From IMG/VR virus record IMGVR_UViG_3300025133_000028: DNA of 64,000 nt; one strand, written 5' to 3'. Position numbers and translations under genes: made by a program. How positions within the stretch are numbered: position 1 is the first letter of the stretch; the number at the start of each line of letters is the position of its first letter. Below, piece after piece: positions 1 to 10,724 of the stretch. The notes below the pieces were generated by a model that did not search any database, was not told where the DNA came from, and worked only from the letters and a program-made list of their open reading frames with translations. The DNA comes from a virus.

Positions 1-1
1 C

Positions 2-379
2 GAAGGATTATCAACGTCAACAAAGACTACGGCAGAGTTAATACAGGAATATCAACAAGCAAGTATTTTTGTCAATACGTCAACAATTAGTCCTGTTCCA
101 ACAGTTATGCTAGAAGCAATGGCGTGTGAATGTGCCGTTGTAACTACAGCAACGTGTATGATTCCAGAGATTATTATTGATGGACACAATGGTTTTATCT
201 CAAATGACGAAACAGAACTTAGAGAAAAATTTCAGTATTTATTAGATAACCCTAAAGTAGCAAGAGAGTTAGGACAAAACGCCAGAAAAACCATATTAAA
301 CAATTTTGCAGAAGATAGATATGTCAAACAATGGAACGACATATTCAATCAAGTCAAAAACACAGTATTTACAGGATAA
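2..379 (+). CDS. Glycosyltransferase family 4 (GT-B), C-terminal part, 5' truncated by window edge
   Basis: Open frame from base 2; motif 'IFVNTSTISPVPTVMLEAMACECAVVTT...EIIIDGHNGF' typical of the GT4 C-terminal domain. Confidence 0.85.
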   Translation, partial: EGLSTSTKTTAELIQEYQQASIFVNTSTISPVPTVMLEAMACECAVVTTATCMIPEIIIDGHNGFISNDETELREKFQYLLDNPKVARELGQNARKTILNNFAEDRYVKQWNDIFNQVKNTVFTG

Positions 380-383
380 CAAA

Positions 384-833
384 ATGAAAAAAGTAAGAAT
401 ATCTGTCGGATTAAACCAACTAAACGGTTATGTGAATATTGACCCCTTACATGGTAAAAATCCCGAAAACTTCGACGAAGACGTATTGCCATCGGAATGT
501 AATGAAATAATTCTAGAAAACATCTTAGAATATATACCCCAAGAACAATTACCTAGCATGATGGAATACTGGGTATCCAAAATGAGACATAAAGGAAAAA
601 TATCAGTAAAATTTACTAATTTGGCAGCTATATGCAGAAAATATTTGTATAATAGATTGACGGCGGCTCAAATAAATGAATTACTATATGGTTCTGGACA
701 ACATGTGTGGGATGTTAGACGCGGGAATTATGAAGCTCAATACATAGAAGAGATATTACTACATATGGGATTAGTCATAACAGGAAAAGAAATTTCTGGA
801 ACAGACGTATTATTAACTGCGGAGAGACCATGA
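384..833 (+). CDS. SAM-dependent methyltransferase-like protein
   Basis: Probable start ATG 384; 'GYVNIDP...EIILENILEYI...W..KMRHKGKI' resembles short class I methyltransferases found in glycan clusters. Confidence 0.5.
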   Translation: MKKVRISVGLNQLNGYVNIDPLHGKNPENFDEDVLPSECNEIILENILEYIPQEQLPSMMEYWVSKMRHKGKISVKFTNLAAICRKYLYNRLTAAQINELLYGSGQHVWDVRRGNYEAQYIEEILLHMGLVITGKEISGTDVLLTAERP

Positions 834-1633
834 CCGACGAAAAAACCCTTGAGATTACAACTCATTGCTCAGATTGTTATTTTACAGAAATAGAAGACGG
901 TATACAAACAGGATGTCGTCTCAATAGAATTGATAAATTCATCGAATACGACAAAGCAGAGTTTGATGAAGAAGGCATCCCGCAGGCATACGTAGTTAAC
1001 ACTATGTGTTCAGCTAAAAGGTCAGACATTTGGGCAAACGCACATAAAGACCCAGAAGCTAGAATTAAGACAGAAACGCAAGTGCCGTTGGACTGGGTTG
1101 TATTACATGTGGGAAACGATGAAAAACAATTATATTTTTCTCTTAAAGAAATTAAAAAACATACTATTCAACCACGGCGAGTTATGTTTGTAGTTAAAGG
1201 TAGTATACAATTTTCAAAATTTCTCGAAGATGCTAAAAATTGCCTATCAGATTCAATTGTTCAGATTACGAGAGTGATTGAAAACGCTAACACAAGAAAG
1301 TGTTTAGATATTGGGGTTAAAAAAATAGATTCTAAAGGACCGTTTTATGTCATGATTAAAGCAGGAGAGTCTTTTAATACCGACTTAAACGAAAGACTTA
1401 ATACCGCAATTAATGAGGAACTTTTAACACCTTTGTGTATTACTGGAGATTGTGAATATCATGGCACAATCATATCAACGCAACTACACAAAATGGTTGG
1501 TGGTAATAAAGAAGCGGAAATGGTGTATAACGAGACCAAACGGACTCTTTATAGAGTAGAAGACAAAATTAAAGCAATCGCTATAGAACAAGATAAACAA
1601 CAAAGCTTTATTTATACATGGGGTCAAATATGA
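830..1633 (+). CDS. Hypothetical protein, possibly degenerate GT-A fold with N-terminal Cys cluster
   Basis: 267-aa ORF translationally coupled within the glycan operon; N-terminal CxxC...C motif. Confidence 0.45.
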   Translation: MTDEKTLEITTHCSDCYFTEIEDGIQTGCRLNRIDKFIEYDKAEFDEEGIPQAYVVNTMCSAKRSDIWANAHKDPEARIKTETQVPLDWVVLHVGNDEKQLYFSLKEIKKHTIQPRRVMFVVKGSIQFSKFLEDAKNCLSDSIVQITRVIENANTRKCLDIGVKKIDSKGPFYVMIKAGESFNTDLNERLNTAINEELLTPLCITGDCEYHGTIISTQLHKMVGGNKEAEMVYNETKRTLYRVEDKIKAIAIEQDKQQSFIYTWGQI

Positions 1634-2415
1634 GTTTGCCAGCGGTAACGGTTTTAATTACGAACTACAACTACGGAAAATATATATCTAAAGCTATTAG
1701 GTCTGCGTTATTACAGGACTATAAAGGTGTTGTTAATATTGTGGTAGTAGACGATTGTTCTACAGACAGTTCTGTTAAATCAGCACAAGAGACATTGTGT
1801 TTATCAAATCCGCCAGAACCATGGACAAAAAACGGAGACATATCTTATACATCATTAGTAACAGACAATGATGGCGTACACATGATAGTTAAGTTAAACA
1901 AAAACTCTGGACCAAGCACAGGTAGAAATATTGGTATAGAAGTATCTAAAGACTTTACAGATGTTTATGCTGTTCTAGACGCTGATGATATGATGATGTC
2001 AAATAAAATATCTGCATGTGTCACAGTTATGCAAGCAACGCCACAGATAGGAGTGGTGTATGCAGATTATAACATCGTAAATGTAAACACAGGCAATGTC
2101 GTCAGAGAATATAAAGAACCGTTTAGTTTTAAAAGACTGTCTGAAGAATGTATAGTTCATAGCGGAAGTCTTATTACTAAACAGGCTTTATTAGAATGTG
2201 CTGACCAATTCGGTTATTATGACAGTCAAATGAGAACATGTGAAGACTATGATTTATGGTTACGTGTTGCCGAAAAATTTATGATTGTACATATTGCAGA
2301 ACCCTTAACACTAGTAAGAGCAACTGATATGTGTTCTTCTGCTACGGTTCCTACAGAAATATGGCAACAAAATTGGGCTCGCGTCCAACAAAAGGCTCAA
2401 AACAGAAATGGTTAA
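1630..2415 (+). CDS. Glycosyltransferase family 2
   Basis: 'VTVLITNYNYGKYI..AI.SAL.Q', 'VVVDDCSTD', 'GPSTGRNIG', 'VLDADD', 'EDYDLWLR' GT2 motifs. Confidence 0.93.
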   Translation: MSLPAVTVLITNYNYGKYISKAIRSALLQDYKGVVNIVVVDDCSTDSSVKSAQETLCLSNPPEPWTKNGDISYTSLVTDNDGVHMIVKLNKNSGPSTGRNIGIEVSKDFTDVYAVLDADDMMMSNKISACVTVMQATPQIGVVYADYNIVNVNTGNVVREYKEPFSFKRLSEECIVHSGSLITKQALLECADQFGYYDSQMRTCEDYDLWLRVAEKFMIVHIAEPLTLVRATDMCSSATVPTEIWQQNWARVQQKAQNRNG

Positions 2416-3124
2416 AAGAAGAGATTGTGTAACAACGACGAGAAAAAAGGTAGGAGAAAAGCAGCTTTTACCAATTGTTTTTTTGTCTTCAGGTATAGGC
2501 TATAGAATGAAAGGCTATGGCCCAAAACCTTTGATTAAAATACATAAAGAACAAAATATATTAGAAAAGCAAATAGAAGAAGTAGAAAAAGTATATCCAA
2601 ACTCTGAAATTATTTTAGTTACCGGCTTTGAATCTGAAAAAATAGCCAGAAATGTAGACCAAAAAATTCGTATAGTTGAGAACCGATTGTATCAGACTAC
2701 AAATGAAGCAGAAGAATTACGACTTGCTTTGCAAAATATAATATCAGACCAAGCGTTGGTTATTCAAGGCGATATAGTATTTGACTACTTTGCCGTTGAG
2801 GGACTGTGTAATGATAATTCGTCAGTGTTGGTTGATAGTTTAAATCGTATGCCAAAAGACAATGTTGGAGTAACATCTGTTAATAATGTGGCTACGATTT
2901 TTTCTTATGGATTAGACATCAAATGGGGAGGAATGGTTTATCTTGCTGGTAAGGAATTTAAATTAGCAAAAAAAATATGTTCAATCACAAATGAAAAATT
3001 GTATTTGCATGAAATCTTAAACAGAATCATAGAAAAAAGCGGAAGCTTTAAAACCATAGAACAAAACCAAATGAAGATACACAAAATAGATTCTAAAAAC
3101 ATTGAAACACTAAGGAATGAATAA
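2408..3124 (+). CDS. Sugar-phosphate/choline-phosphate nucleotidyltransferase (NTP_transferase, LicC-like)
   Basis: 'SSGIGYRMKGYGPKPLIKI' signature and 'VIQGDIVF'. Confidence 0.75.
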   Translation: MVKRRDCVTTTRKKVGEKQLLPIVFLSSGIGYRMKGYGPKPLIKIHKEQNILEKQIEEVEKVYPNSEIILVTGFESEKIARNVDQKIRIVENRLYQTTNEAEELRLALQNIISDQALVIQGDIVFDYFAVEGLCNDNSSVLVDSLNRMPKDNVGVTSVNNVATIFSYGLDIKWGGMVYLAGKEFKLAKKICSITNEKLYLHEILNRIIEKSGSFKTIEQNQMKIHKIDSKNIETLRNE

Positions 3125-4173
3125 TGAAAATTTTAATTAGTAGCGATTCGCCAACCGCACATTATTATATTAGACTGGCTATAGCTAGAGTTTTAACGTA
3201 TATGGGTCACGAAGTAATTTTGTGGGACATTACAAAAAAATCAGCTTTCGATGCTTTCGATGAATTTGAACCAGATATTTTTATGGGCCAAACATACAAT
3301 ATTGATAGTGCATTAATTAAGTGTATTGCAGAACGTCCTTTGTTAAAAGTATTTATGAAAGCTGCTGATTGGGGCGAAACATCAGACTATATTGATAGAA
3401 AGAAATATCCAATATTGTTTGCAACAACAGAAGAACAAAAACGAGTTATCGAGTTAGCAGACAGAACAGGCAAGCCAGACTTTTTATATATACACTATCA
3501 TAAAGATTGGCTAGAAGAAACACACGGCAATTGGATGAAACTTGGTTTTAAAGTTGATTCTTTAATGAATGCTGCTGATATTTTTGATTTTACTAAAGGT
3601 AAGTTTAATCCCGATTTTGCAAGTGACGTTGCTTTTGTTGGCGGGTATTGGCCGTATAAGGCTATTACTTTAGATAGGTATATAACTCCTTTGTGTAATC
3701 CCGATATGGATATTAATGTTAAAATCTTTGGTAACCAAGGATGGTCAGTGCCTCAGTATTGTGGGTATATTGAAAACAATCTAGCAAAGGACGTACTGGC
3801 ATCTGCTAAAGTCTGCCCTAACATCAGCGAATTACATTCTCAAGATTTTGGCTTTGATATTGTAGAAAGACCGTTCAAATTATTAAGTAATAAGTGTTTT
3901 GTGATTTCTGACTACGTACAAGGAGCAGAAGAAGTGTTTGGAGATTCTGTAGTATTTGCAAAGACACCAGACGAATTTAAAAAACTAGTCTTGCACTATA
4001 TTTCGCACCCAAACGAAAGAGACTATCATATAAACAAAGGGTATGAATTAGTAATGCAAAAACACACATATTTTCATCGGGTACATCAAATATTAAACAA
4101 CCTTAGACTACACGACGAAGCAAACAAATGTTTAGAATTGTTTAATAACTTAAAACAAAAATTATCACTTTAG
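3124..4173 (+). CDS. Glycosyltransferase, CgeB/GT-B type
   Basis: 'DVAFVGGY', 'ERPFKLL...FVISD', 'HTYFHRV' resemble the CgeB-family C-terminus. Confidence 0.75.
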   Translation: MKILISSDSPTAHYYIRLAIARVLTYMGHEVILWDITKKSAFDAFDEFEPDIFMGQTYNIDSALIKCIAERPLLKVFMKAADWGETSDYIDRKKYPILFATTEEQKRVIELADRTGKPDFLYIHYHKDWLEETHGNWMKLGFKVDSLMNAADIFDFTKGKFNPDFASDVAFVGGYWPYKAITLDRYITPLCNPDMDINVKIFGNQGWSVPQYCGYIENNLAKDVLASAKVCPNISELHSQDFGFDIVERPFKLLSNKCFVISDYVQGAEEVFGDSVVFAKTPDEFKKLVLHYISHPNERDYHINKGYELVMQKHTYFHRVHQILNNLRLHDEANKCLELFNNLKQKLSL

Positions 4174-4181
4174 GAGAAATC

Positions 4182-5102
4182 ATGAGAGTCTTAATTACTG
4201 GTAGTACTGGATTTATTGGTCATCATGTTACCAAACATGTTCTTAAAGATAATAAAATTACCAGCGTATTATTACCGTCTAGAAACACAACGACTCTACG
4301 CAGTGTGTTAAAGAGCAATAAAATATCTAGATGTTGGTACACTCCTGGTGATTTACACGACCTTGGAAGAATAGTTAAAAACTATAATCCACACTATGTG
4401 TTGCACCTAGCAGCAAATCCTTCTCCTCGTCCTGGTGGTGTTGGTAATATGATTGACGATAACATAAAGCTAACCAAAGTATTACTTGATAATGTACAAA
4501 AAAAATGTAAATTTCTATACGCTTCTAGTGTTGTCGTTTACGGCAATCAGTCTGGTCAATGTGATGAAAGCACTTTGTTAGAACCAACATCATTGTATGG
4601 AGCGACAAAAGCAGCATCAGAAGCTTTAATTAGTGCATATCACCACATGGGATATATTAGAGGTACTAATTTAAGATTGTGTGCTACCGTTGGTAAGGGT
4701 TTGACTCATGGTATTATTTTTGATTTTATTAAAAAACTAAAAGCAAAATCTGATGAATTAGAAATGTTTGGAGATTGTCCAGGTAGTTCTAAACCTTTTA
4801 TACACGTAAGTGACGTAGTAAAAGCGTTTCATATGGCTATGTATAATTGTAACACTAATCTTAAAACATATAACGTATGTCCAAACGATTATATTAGTGT
4901 GAGTGGAATTGCTGATGTTGTTATGTCAACATTAGATATTAAGAAGAAAAAGAAATGGATGGGCTCAACATCAGTATGGAAAGGTGATAATAAATATATT
5001 CATTGTAGTAATAATAGAATTAGATTTGCGGGATGGATGTCAGATTACCCAACATCTAGAGAAGCTATCTGCCAAGCAGTAAAGGAAGAAAATGAATCTT
5101 AA
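4182..5102 (+). CDS. NAD-dependent epimerase/dehydratase
   Basis: 'ITGSTGFIG' Rossmann motif, 'ASSVVVYG', catalytic 'YGATK'. Confidence 0.93.
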   Translation: MRVLITGSTGFIGHHVTKHVLKDNKITSVLLPSRNTTTLRSVLKSNKISRCWYTPGDLHDLGRIVKNYNPHYVLHLAANPSPRPGGVGNMIDDNIKLTKVLLDNVQKKCKFLYASSVVVYGNQSGQCDESTLLEPTSLYGATKAASEALISAYHHMGYIRGTNLRLCATVGKGLTHGIIFDFIKKLKAKSDELEMFGDCPGSSKPFIHVSDVVKAFHMAMYNCNTNLKTYNVCPNDYISVSGIADVVMSTLDIKKKKKWMGSTSVWKGDNKYIHCSNNRIRFAGWMSDYPTSREAICQAVKEENES

Positions 5103-5781
5103 TCGAATAGTTGACAAAGCCATATGTTTAGTTTTAGACAAAAGATACGATGACTGGTCACAAAAAGTTTTGCCACAATTAAAAATCTTAGGCGTAGAAG
5201 TCGAAGCTTTTATTGCTGGCGACGGTGGTTATAATTTGGAATACGACCATATAGACAGTCAGGAATTGCCTGTATATTGTGGAGGAATAGATTATCCAAC
5301 GTGGTATAAAAGACCAAACGCTTACAACGCTTGGAAATGTCATAAAAAAATGCTAGAACAATGTGTTGAACAAGATGTAGAATATGTTTTGTTTCTTGAA
5401 GACGACGTACAAGTACACGAAGATTATGAAGAAGTAACAAGACAAGCAATTAGAGACCTGTCTTATAACCATATTGACATGTTATATCTAGGACATTATG
5501 GAACCAAACACAATAGTAGAAAAACTAATGTGCCCAATGTTGTTAGAATGAGTGGTGGTGGTGGATGGCATTCTGTAATTATACACAATCGCGTAATGAA
5601 ACAATTACTTAGAATTAACGATGTTCCGTATGGCCCATTTGATTGGCAGTGTGGACAACAGATTCATAAACAGTTCGATTGTTATGGATTAAACCCGTCT
5701 GTTATTACTCAAATAGACGGACATAGTTATGTTGAAGGACACCATTTGGATAAACCAGGGAGACACATACAATGGGACTAG
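5092..5781 (+). CDS. Glycosyltransferase family 25-like
   Basis: 'CHKKML...YVLFLEDD...DMLYLG' GT25 motifs. Confidence 0.75.
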   Translation: MNLNRIVDKAICLVLDKRYDDWSQKVLPQLKILGVEVEAFIAGDGGYNLEYDHIDSQELPVYCGGIDYPTWYKRPNAYNAWKCHKKMLEQCVEQDVEYVLFLEDDVQVHEDYEEVTRQAIRDLSYNHIDMLYLGHYGTKHNSRKTNVPNVVRMSGGGGWHSVIIHNRVMKQLLRINDVPYGPFDWQCGQQIHKQFDCYGLNPSVITQIDGHSYVEGHHLDKPGRHIQWD

Positions 5782-6437
5782 TACCTTGTGATGTTAACAC
5801 ACACAGCACTGCTGTAATGATGCGACAATTTGAAATCAACCCAAAATACGTTATGCATATTGGTGCTCATGACGGTATTGAGGCAGATATTTACGACCAC
5901 TTTAATGCTAAGTCTGTCATATGGTTTGAGTGTAACGATAAGCTATTTGAAGACCTGTGGACAAGATTAGAAGGTAGAAAAAACCACGTAGTTGAACCAT
6001 ACTGCTTGTGGCATAAAGATGGTGAAACTCTTGATTTTCATTATTACAGAGACGAAAAAGACGGTGCTTCTGGACTATTTGAAAATGATAAAATGTTTGA
6101 TTATATTAAAGATTGCCCAATTGTTGGAAAAACCCAAGTACACACATTAACCTTTGATACATGGGCAGAAGAAGCCGAAGGTGTACCTTGGAATGAAACA
6201 GATTTTCTAAATATCGACGTTCAAGGAGCAGAATTAAATGTCTTTAAAGGGGCACAAAAATTACTTAACCTCTCTTCTCTTAAATATATATGGTGTGAAG
6301 TATCTTGGGACCATGTTTACAAAAATGCACCGCTTATGGAAGATATTGACAAATGCTTGGAACAATACGGATTTGTCAAAATCGGAGTTAGAAAAGATTG
6401 GGAAATTCACGGAGACGCATTGTATGTTAAAGCATGA
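5772..6437 (+). CDS. FkbM-family methyltransferase
   Basis: 'HIGAHDG', 'FLNIDVQGAELNVFKGA', 'EVS'. Confidence 0.9.
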   Translation: MGLVPCDVNTHSTAVMMRQFEINPKYVMHIGAHDGIEADIYDHFNAKSVIWFECNDKLFEDLWTRLEGRKNHVVEPYCLWHKDGETLDFHYYRDEKDGASGLFENDKMFDYIKDCPIVGKTQVHTLTFDTWAEEAEGVPWNETDFLNIDVQGAELNVFKGAQKLLNLSSLKYIWCEVSWDHVYKNAPLMEDIDKCLEQYGFVKIGVRKDWEIHGDALYVKA

Positions 6438-6495
6438 TAAAGGATTCCACGGAGTACCAGCAAACCCAAAGAGTATTATATTAGAGGAGGATAAG

Positions 6496-6837
6496 ATGCA
6501 ACCCAGAGATTTTTGTTATTGGCTCAAAGGTTATTTTGAATTAAGAAAAGACCAAGGTGAAGATAAACACTATTTAGATGAAGTACAAACCCAAATCATT
6601 GAAGACCATCTTGACTTGGTTTTTAAAAAGGAAACACCAGATAGACAACCCAGAAAAGAAGATGTAGTACAACTACGTTCTATACTGGCACAAAATGGTG
6701 TCCCAAACAAAAATGACGACATTTATTGTACAAGTTCTTTTACTATGCCACCAGACCAAGTCGCTCGTCAGGACCAATTAAAACACGATAATTTTCCAAC
6801 CATATTTTGGCCAGATGGTCCACCAGCAAGTTGCTAG
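6496..6837 (+). CDS. Hypothetical phage protein
   Basis: Strong RBS GAGGAGG before ATG 6496; 'FCYWLKGYFEL...IIEDHLDLVF' is a common small phage protein pattern. Confidence 0.7.
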   Translation: MQPRDFCYWLKGYFELRKDQGEDKHYLDEVQTQIIEDHLDLVFKKETPDRQPRKEDVVQLRSILAQNGVPNKNDDIYCTSSFTMPPDQVARQDQLKHDNFPTIFWPDGPPASC

Positions 6838-6847
6838 GAGAAATAAT

Positions 6848-7759
6848 ATGAAACTAATTGACACATTCTTATTTTCCGAACCTTACGAATCAGACCTGTT
6901 GTGGTTAAAGTTTAAACTTGAAACACCATTTGTGGACGAATGGATTATTCAAGAATGTGACCACACCACGCAGGGAGATTTTAAAGGATTATTTGCCAAC
7001 GGAATATTAGAGGAAGAGAGATTTAAACCATATCTAAACAGAATTAAGATTTTTCAACATCATGGAAATCCCGCAATAAAAGACGGTAAAGAAAACACCA
7101 ACTTTATGCGAGAAAACTTTCAAAGAACTTTATGTGCTGAATATCTGTCTACGCAACATGACGACACTCTGGTTATTGTTTCTGATACTGATGAAATGAT
7201 TGATTGTACAGACGAAGATAAAAGATTGTGGCGATTTAAAGAAATACTCAAACGACACCATAATGAGTATTTTTTTCTTGGTAGAATGCGTTATTGGTTT
7301 GATTATGACAATAGGTGTTACCTTCCAAATATTAGAATTCCTATTGCGAACGTTGGAATGATGAAACGTAGTGGCGGATTAAAACAATGTTTATCTACCT
7401 TAAGACATATTCAAGGACAAGGACCAACCTACGACGTTGGTGAGACTCCAATTGCTTTTGAGTACTCTTACGTATTTAAAAGCTTAGAAGACTTATGGAG
7501 AAAGAAAACTACATACGCTCATAATAACTTTGATGTAGAATGTTTAGAAAAAGCATTAAAATACAATCATTGGCCAAGGACATCCAAAAGAGGAGAACGT
7601 GTTGGTCAAGAGCCATATGATTTCTTTGAAAAAGTTACACTCACAGAAGAAAACTCGCCAAAATATGTGCGAGAAAATATAGAGAAATTGCGTACAAACA
7701 TAGTAAGTTCGGTGTATAGATTAAATAGGACTAATGATAGGATAGGACCAAATGAATAA
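6848..7759 (+). CDS. Glycosyltransferase family 17-like (MGAT3-type GlcNAc transferase)
   Basis: 'IDTFLF..E.DLL..K...VDEWII.E...T.QG..K', 'RENFQR', 'IVSDTDE' match the GT17 pattern. Confidence 0.7.
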   Translation: MKLIDTFLFSEPYESDLLWLKFKLETPFVDEWIIQECDHTTQGDFKGLFANGILEEERFKPYLNRIKIFQHHGNPAIKDGKENTNFMRENFQRTLCAEYLSTQHDDTLVIVSDTDEMIDCTDEDKRLWRFKEILKRHHNEYFFLGRMRYWFDYDNRCYLPNIRIPIANVGMMKRSGGLKQCLSTLRHIQGQGPTYDVGETPIAFEYSYVFKSLEDLWRKKTTYAHNNFDVECLEKALKYNHWPRTSKRGERVGQEPYDFFEKVTLTEENSPKYVRENIEKLRTNIVSSVYRLNRTNDRIGPNE

Positions 7760-7932
7760 TTATTGGGATTTTTACGCAGACGGCGATTTGATTATTTGTC
7801 ATCCATCTAACTACAATCTTATATGTGACGAAATCAACTGAAAGAATAACTGAAGATAAGCCAGTATATGGTATATGATTAATACAAAGCCTTTACGCAG
7901 AATATTAACATTGCCAATCGACGGAGATAAAG

Positions 7933-8856
7933 ATGAAAGTATTAGTCAGCGGAGCGGGTGGGTTCGTGGGAAATGTTTTGTGCCGCCAACTTCTGTACAA
8001 AGGACATCAAGTAGTAGCTTTTGACAATTTTCATAAGGGCCAATGCGATGCGTTAATTCCACTGGTCAGTAATGATAATTTTTCCTTCATATATGGAGAC
8101 GTAACAAATAAATCAGACGTTACTAAAGCAATGTCTGGAATAGACGGAATTATCCACCTAGCAGCAATAGTTGGTGTTCCCGCATGTAATCGCCATCCAG
8201 CATTAGCAAAAGCGGTTAATGTAGAAGGAACGCAAAATATAGTAAATGCCAAATCTCAAGATATGCCGATTGTGTATGCTTCTACTGGTTCTGTTTATGG
8301 AGCAGTTGAAGGAACATGTACAGAACGTAGTCCAACAAACACAAATACGCTTTATGGTATTACAAAACTAAATGCAGAAAAAATTATTAGAGATACTACA
8401 AATTCCGTATCTTTAAGATTTGCAACAGGTTTTGGTTTAAGTCCGTGTATGCGAGTAAATTTATTAGTTAATGACTTTGTTTATAGAGCTAAAAACGAAG
8501 GTTGCTTAACTGTGTTTCAAAAATCTTTCAGAAGAACTTTTATTCATGTTACAGACATGGCACGAGCACTAATTTTTTCTTTAGAACACAACAAAACATT
8601 TAAAAACGACGTTTATAATTGTGGTGACAATAATTTAAACTGGACCAAAGAACAACTATCGGAGTATGTTAAAGAAAGGACTGGATGTTATGTTAGTTAT
8701 GCAGAGTTTGGAACAGACGCTGACCTTAGAGATTATGCTTGTGATTTTAGCCTGTTAAATGAAGAAGGGTTCTTTTGTACGGTTACCATGGAAGAAGGTA
8801 TAGACGAACTTATTAAAGCAACACCGTTATTACAAATAAGACATCAATATGAATAA
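7933..8856 (+). CDS. NAD-dependent epimerase/dehydratase
   Basis: 'VSGAGGFVG', 'HLAAIVG.PAC', 'YGITK', 'LRFATGFG.SP.MR..LLVNDF'. Confidence 0.93.
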   Translation: MKVLVSGAGGFVGNVLCRQLLYKGHQVVAFDNFHKGQCDALIPLVSNDNFSFIYGDVTNKSDVTKAMSGIDGIIHLAAIVGVPACNRHPALAKAVNVEGTQNIVNAKSQDMPIVYASTGSVYGAVEGTCTERSPTNTNTLYGITKLNAEKIIRDTTNSVSLRFATGFGLSPCMRVNLLVNDFVYRAKNEGCLTVFQKSFRRTFIHVTDMARALIFSLEHNKTFKNDVYNCGDNNLNWTKEQLSEYVKERTGCYVSYAEFGTDADLRDYACDFSLLNEEGFFCTVTMEEGIDELIKATPLLQIRHQYE

Positions 8857-9004
8857 ACAAGAAGAACATGTGTATTGGATGACACAAAAAGAACTAGTAA
8901 CTTGGTTATTAAGAAATTCTGCTCATAATTCTGATGGTTCTATAACTATACCAAAAACAAAAGTAGACTTTTTAGAAAAGAAACTAGGATTTAGAAATGA
9001 ATAA
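8849..9004 (+). CDS. Small hypothetical protein (51 aa, not in ORF track)
   Basis: ATG 8849 overlaps the upstream stop and TAA 9002-9004 overlaps the next start, filling the operon gap. Confidence 0.55.
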   Translation: MNKQEEHVYWMTQKELVTWLLRNSAHNSDGSITIPKTKVDFLEKKLGFRNE

Positions 9005-9776
9005 ATTAATAAATTTCATAGGACTACAAAGATGCGGTACTCACGCGGTTGCAAACTGGATTATTCATCAAAGTGAAAACGCAGAAAAAGAACAACATCC
9101 AACACACTTTCATGATGATGTTTGGTATTATGATTGGGGCTCTTTTACATGTGGCATAATGTTTAACTCTAGATTTCCACATAATCCAGAGATTGGATAT
9201 AATCATCTTAAAAAAATCAAAGAATATTTAGGCAATCCAACTGTTGATGTGTGTCTTTTGTGTTATGAGTGTTCTTTAGTTTATATGCATTATGATTGTA
9301 AAGCAGAACCCGATTTATATGAAACAGATAGAAAAAACTTTCAATCTAATAACGAACAAACAGTTATATTACTTAGGGATGTTAAAAATTGTTTTGCTAG
9401 TTTCTACAAAAAATACGGTCATGTACCTCAACATATTATAGGACATTGGGAAGCTAGAGCTAATGAAATACTTGGAAAAACGAAAAATGTTCCAAATCAT
9501 GTATTCTTAAATTACAACAAATGGTTTATTGACAAAAAATATAGACAACAACTATGTAATGATTTAAGTTTATATTTTACTGACATTGGCAAAAGTCAAG
9601 TTCCAAATTTTGGTGGTGGTTCCTCTTTTTCTGGCAGACAAGCAGATGGTAACGCAAGTTCTATGGACGTACTAACCAGATTTAGAAATTTTGATAAAAA
9701 CGCAGGATTCCAACGAACACTGCAAACCCATAAACACTTAGTTGAATTATCGGACGAAATTTTTGGAGAAATGTAG
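8997..9776 (+). CDS. Sulfotransferase-fold protein
   Basis: 'FIGLQRCGTHA' (5'-PSB-like) and 'ILLRDVKNCFAS' (3'-PB-like) motifs. Confidence 0.6.
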   Translation: MNKLINFIGLQRCGTHAVANWIIHQSENAEKEQHPTHFHDDVWYYDWGSFTCGIMFNSRFPHNPEIGYNHLKKIKEYLGNPTVDVCLLCYECSLVYMHYDCKAEPDLYETDRKNFQSNNEQTVILLRDVKNCFASFYKKYGHVPQHIIGHWEARANEILGKTKNVPNHVFLNYNKWFIDKKYRQQLCNDLSLYFTDIGKSQVPNFGGGSSFSGRQADGNASSMDVLTRFRNFDKNAGFQRTLQTHKHLVELSDEIFGEM

Positions 9777-9782
9777 ACAATA

Positions 9783-10724
9783 ATGGAAATTAACTTAAAG
9801 GAAAAAAAATGTTTAATTACGGGTTCTGGCTCAATGATTGGGCTCGCTGTTGTAAAATCTTTGAAAAGACGTGGTGCTGACTGTATTGAAGTTTATCATA
9901 AGGACTGGGATTTAGAGTACGGACCTGAAGTTGATGACATTTTCCGACTTATGCAACCAGATTACGTATTTCACTTGGCTGGATATAACGGCGGAATTGA
10001 ATGGAATAGAAAATATCCAGCAGACATTTTTAAACGCAACGTTCAAATGGGTTTAAACATCCTTAATAGCTGTGTAACATACAATACCAAAAAAATAGTA
10101 TCAGTTATGGCATCTTGTGCTTACCCAGATATGCCCGCAGAAGAATACGAAGAAAAAGATTTCTGGGCAGGCTTACCAAACTCAAGCGTAGAATGTCATG
10201 GACTGGCCAAACGAATGCTACACGCTTATTCTCGACAGATTAACAAACAATACGGAGACCAAGCTACAACCGTTATTTTAACTAACTCATACGGTCCTCA
10301 CGACAGTTACCATCCAGAAAAAACCAAAGTTGTTGGAGCAGCAATTAAAAGAATAGTTGAAGCTCAACAGAACAACACGGATTGTACGTTTTGGGGCAGT
10401 GGCAAACCATTGCGAGAATTTATGTTTTCTCTTGATGCAGGCGAAGCCATTGTACAGACCATGGAAAAATACGACAATTTTGAGTCTCCTTTAAACTTGG
10501 GTTCTGGACAAGAAGTATCCATTCAGAGATTGGCTTATACCATATCTAAAATAGTAGGATATGACAGTAACAGAATACATTGGGACACAACCAAACAGGA
10601 TGGCCAAATGAGAAAAAGATTAAATACTACCAAAATGAGAGAATATCTTAATGTCCCAATTACTAGACTAGAAGACGGATTGTTCAAAACTATCGAATGG
10701 TATAAGGAGACATATTGTGACTAA
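9783..10724 (+). CDS. fcl: GDP-L-fucose synthase (GDP-4-keto-6-deoxymannose epimerase/reductase)
   Basis: 'ITGSGSMIG', 'HLAGYNGGI..N...PAD', 'SCAYP', 'WGSGKPLREF', 'WDTTKQDGQMRK'. Confidence 0.88.
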   Translation: MEINLKEKKCLITGSGSMIGLAVVKSLKRRGADCIEVYHKDWDLEYGPEVDDIFRLMQPDYVFHLAGYNGGIEWNRKYPADIFKRNVQMGLNILNSCVTYNTKKIVSVMASCAYPDMPAEEYEEKDFWAGLPNSSVECHGLAKRMLHAYSRQINKQYGDQATTVILTNSYGPHDSYHPEKTKVVGAAIKRIVEAQQNNTDCTFWGSGKPLREFMFSLDAGEAIVQTMEKYDNFESPLNLGSGQEVSIQRLAYTISKIVGYDSNRIHWDTTKQDGQMRKRLNTTKMREYLNVPITRLEDGLFKTIEWYKETYCD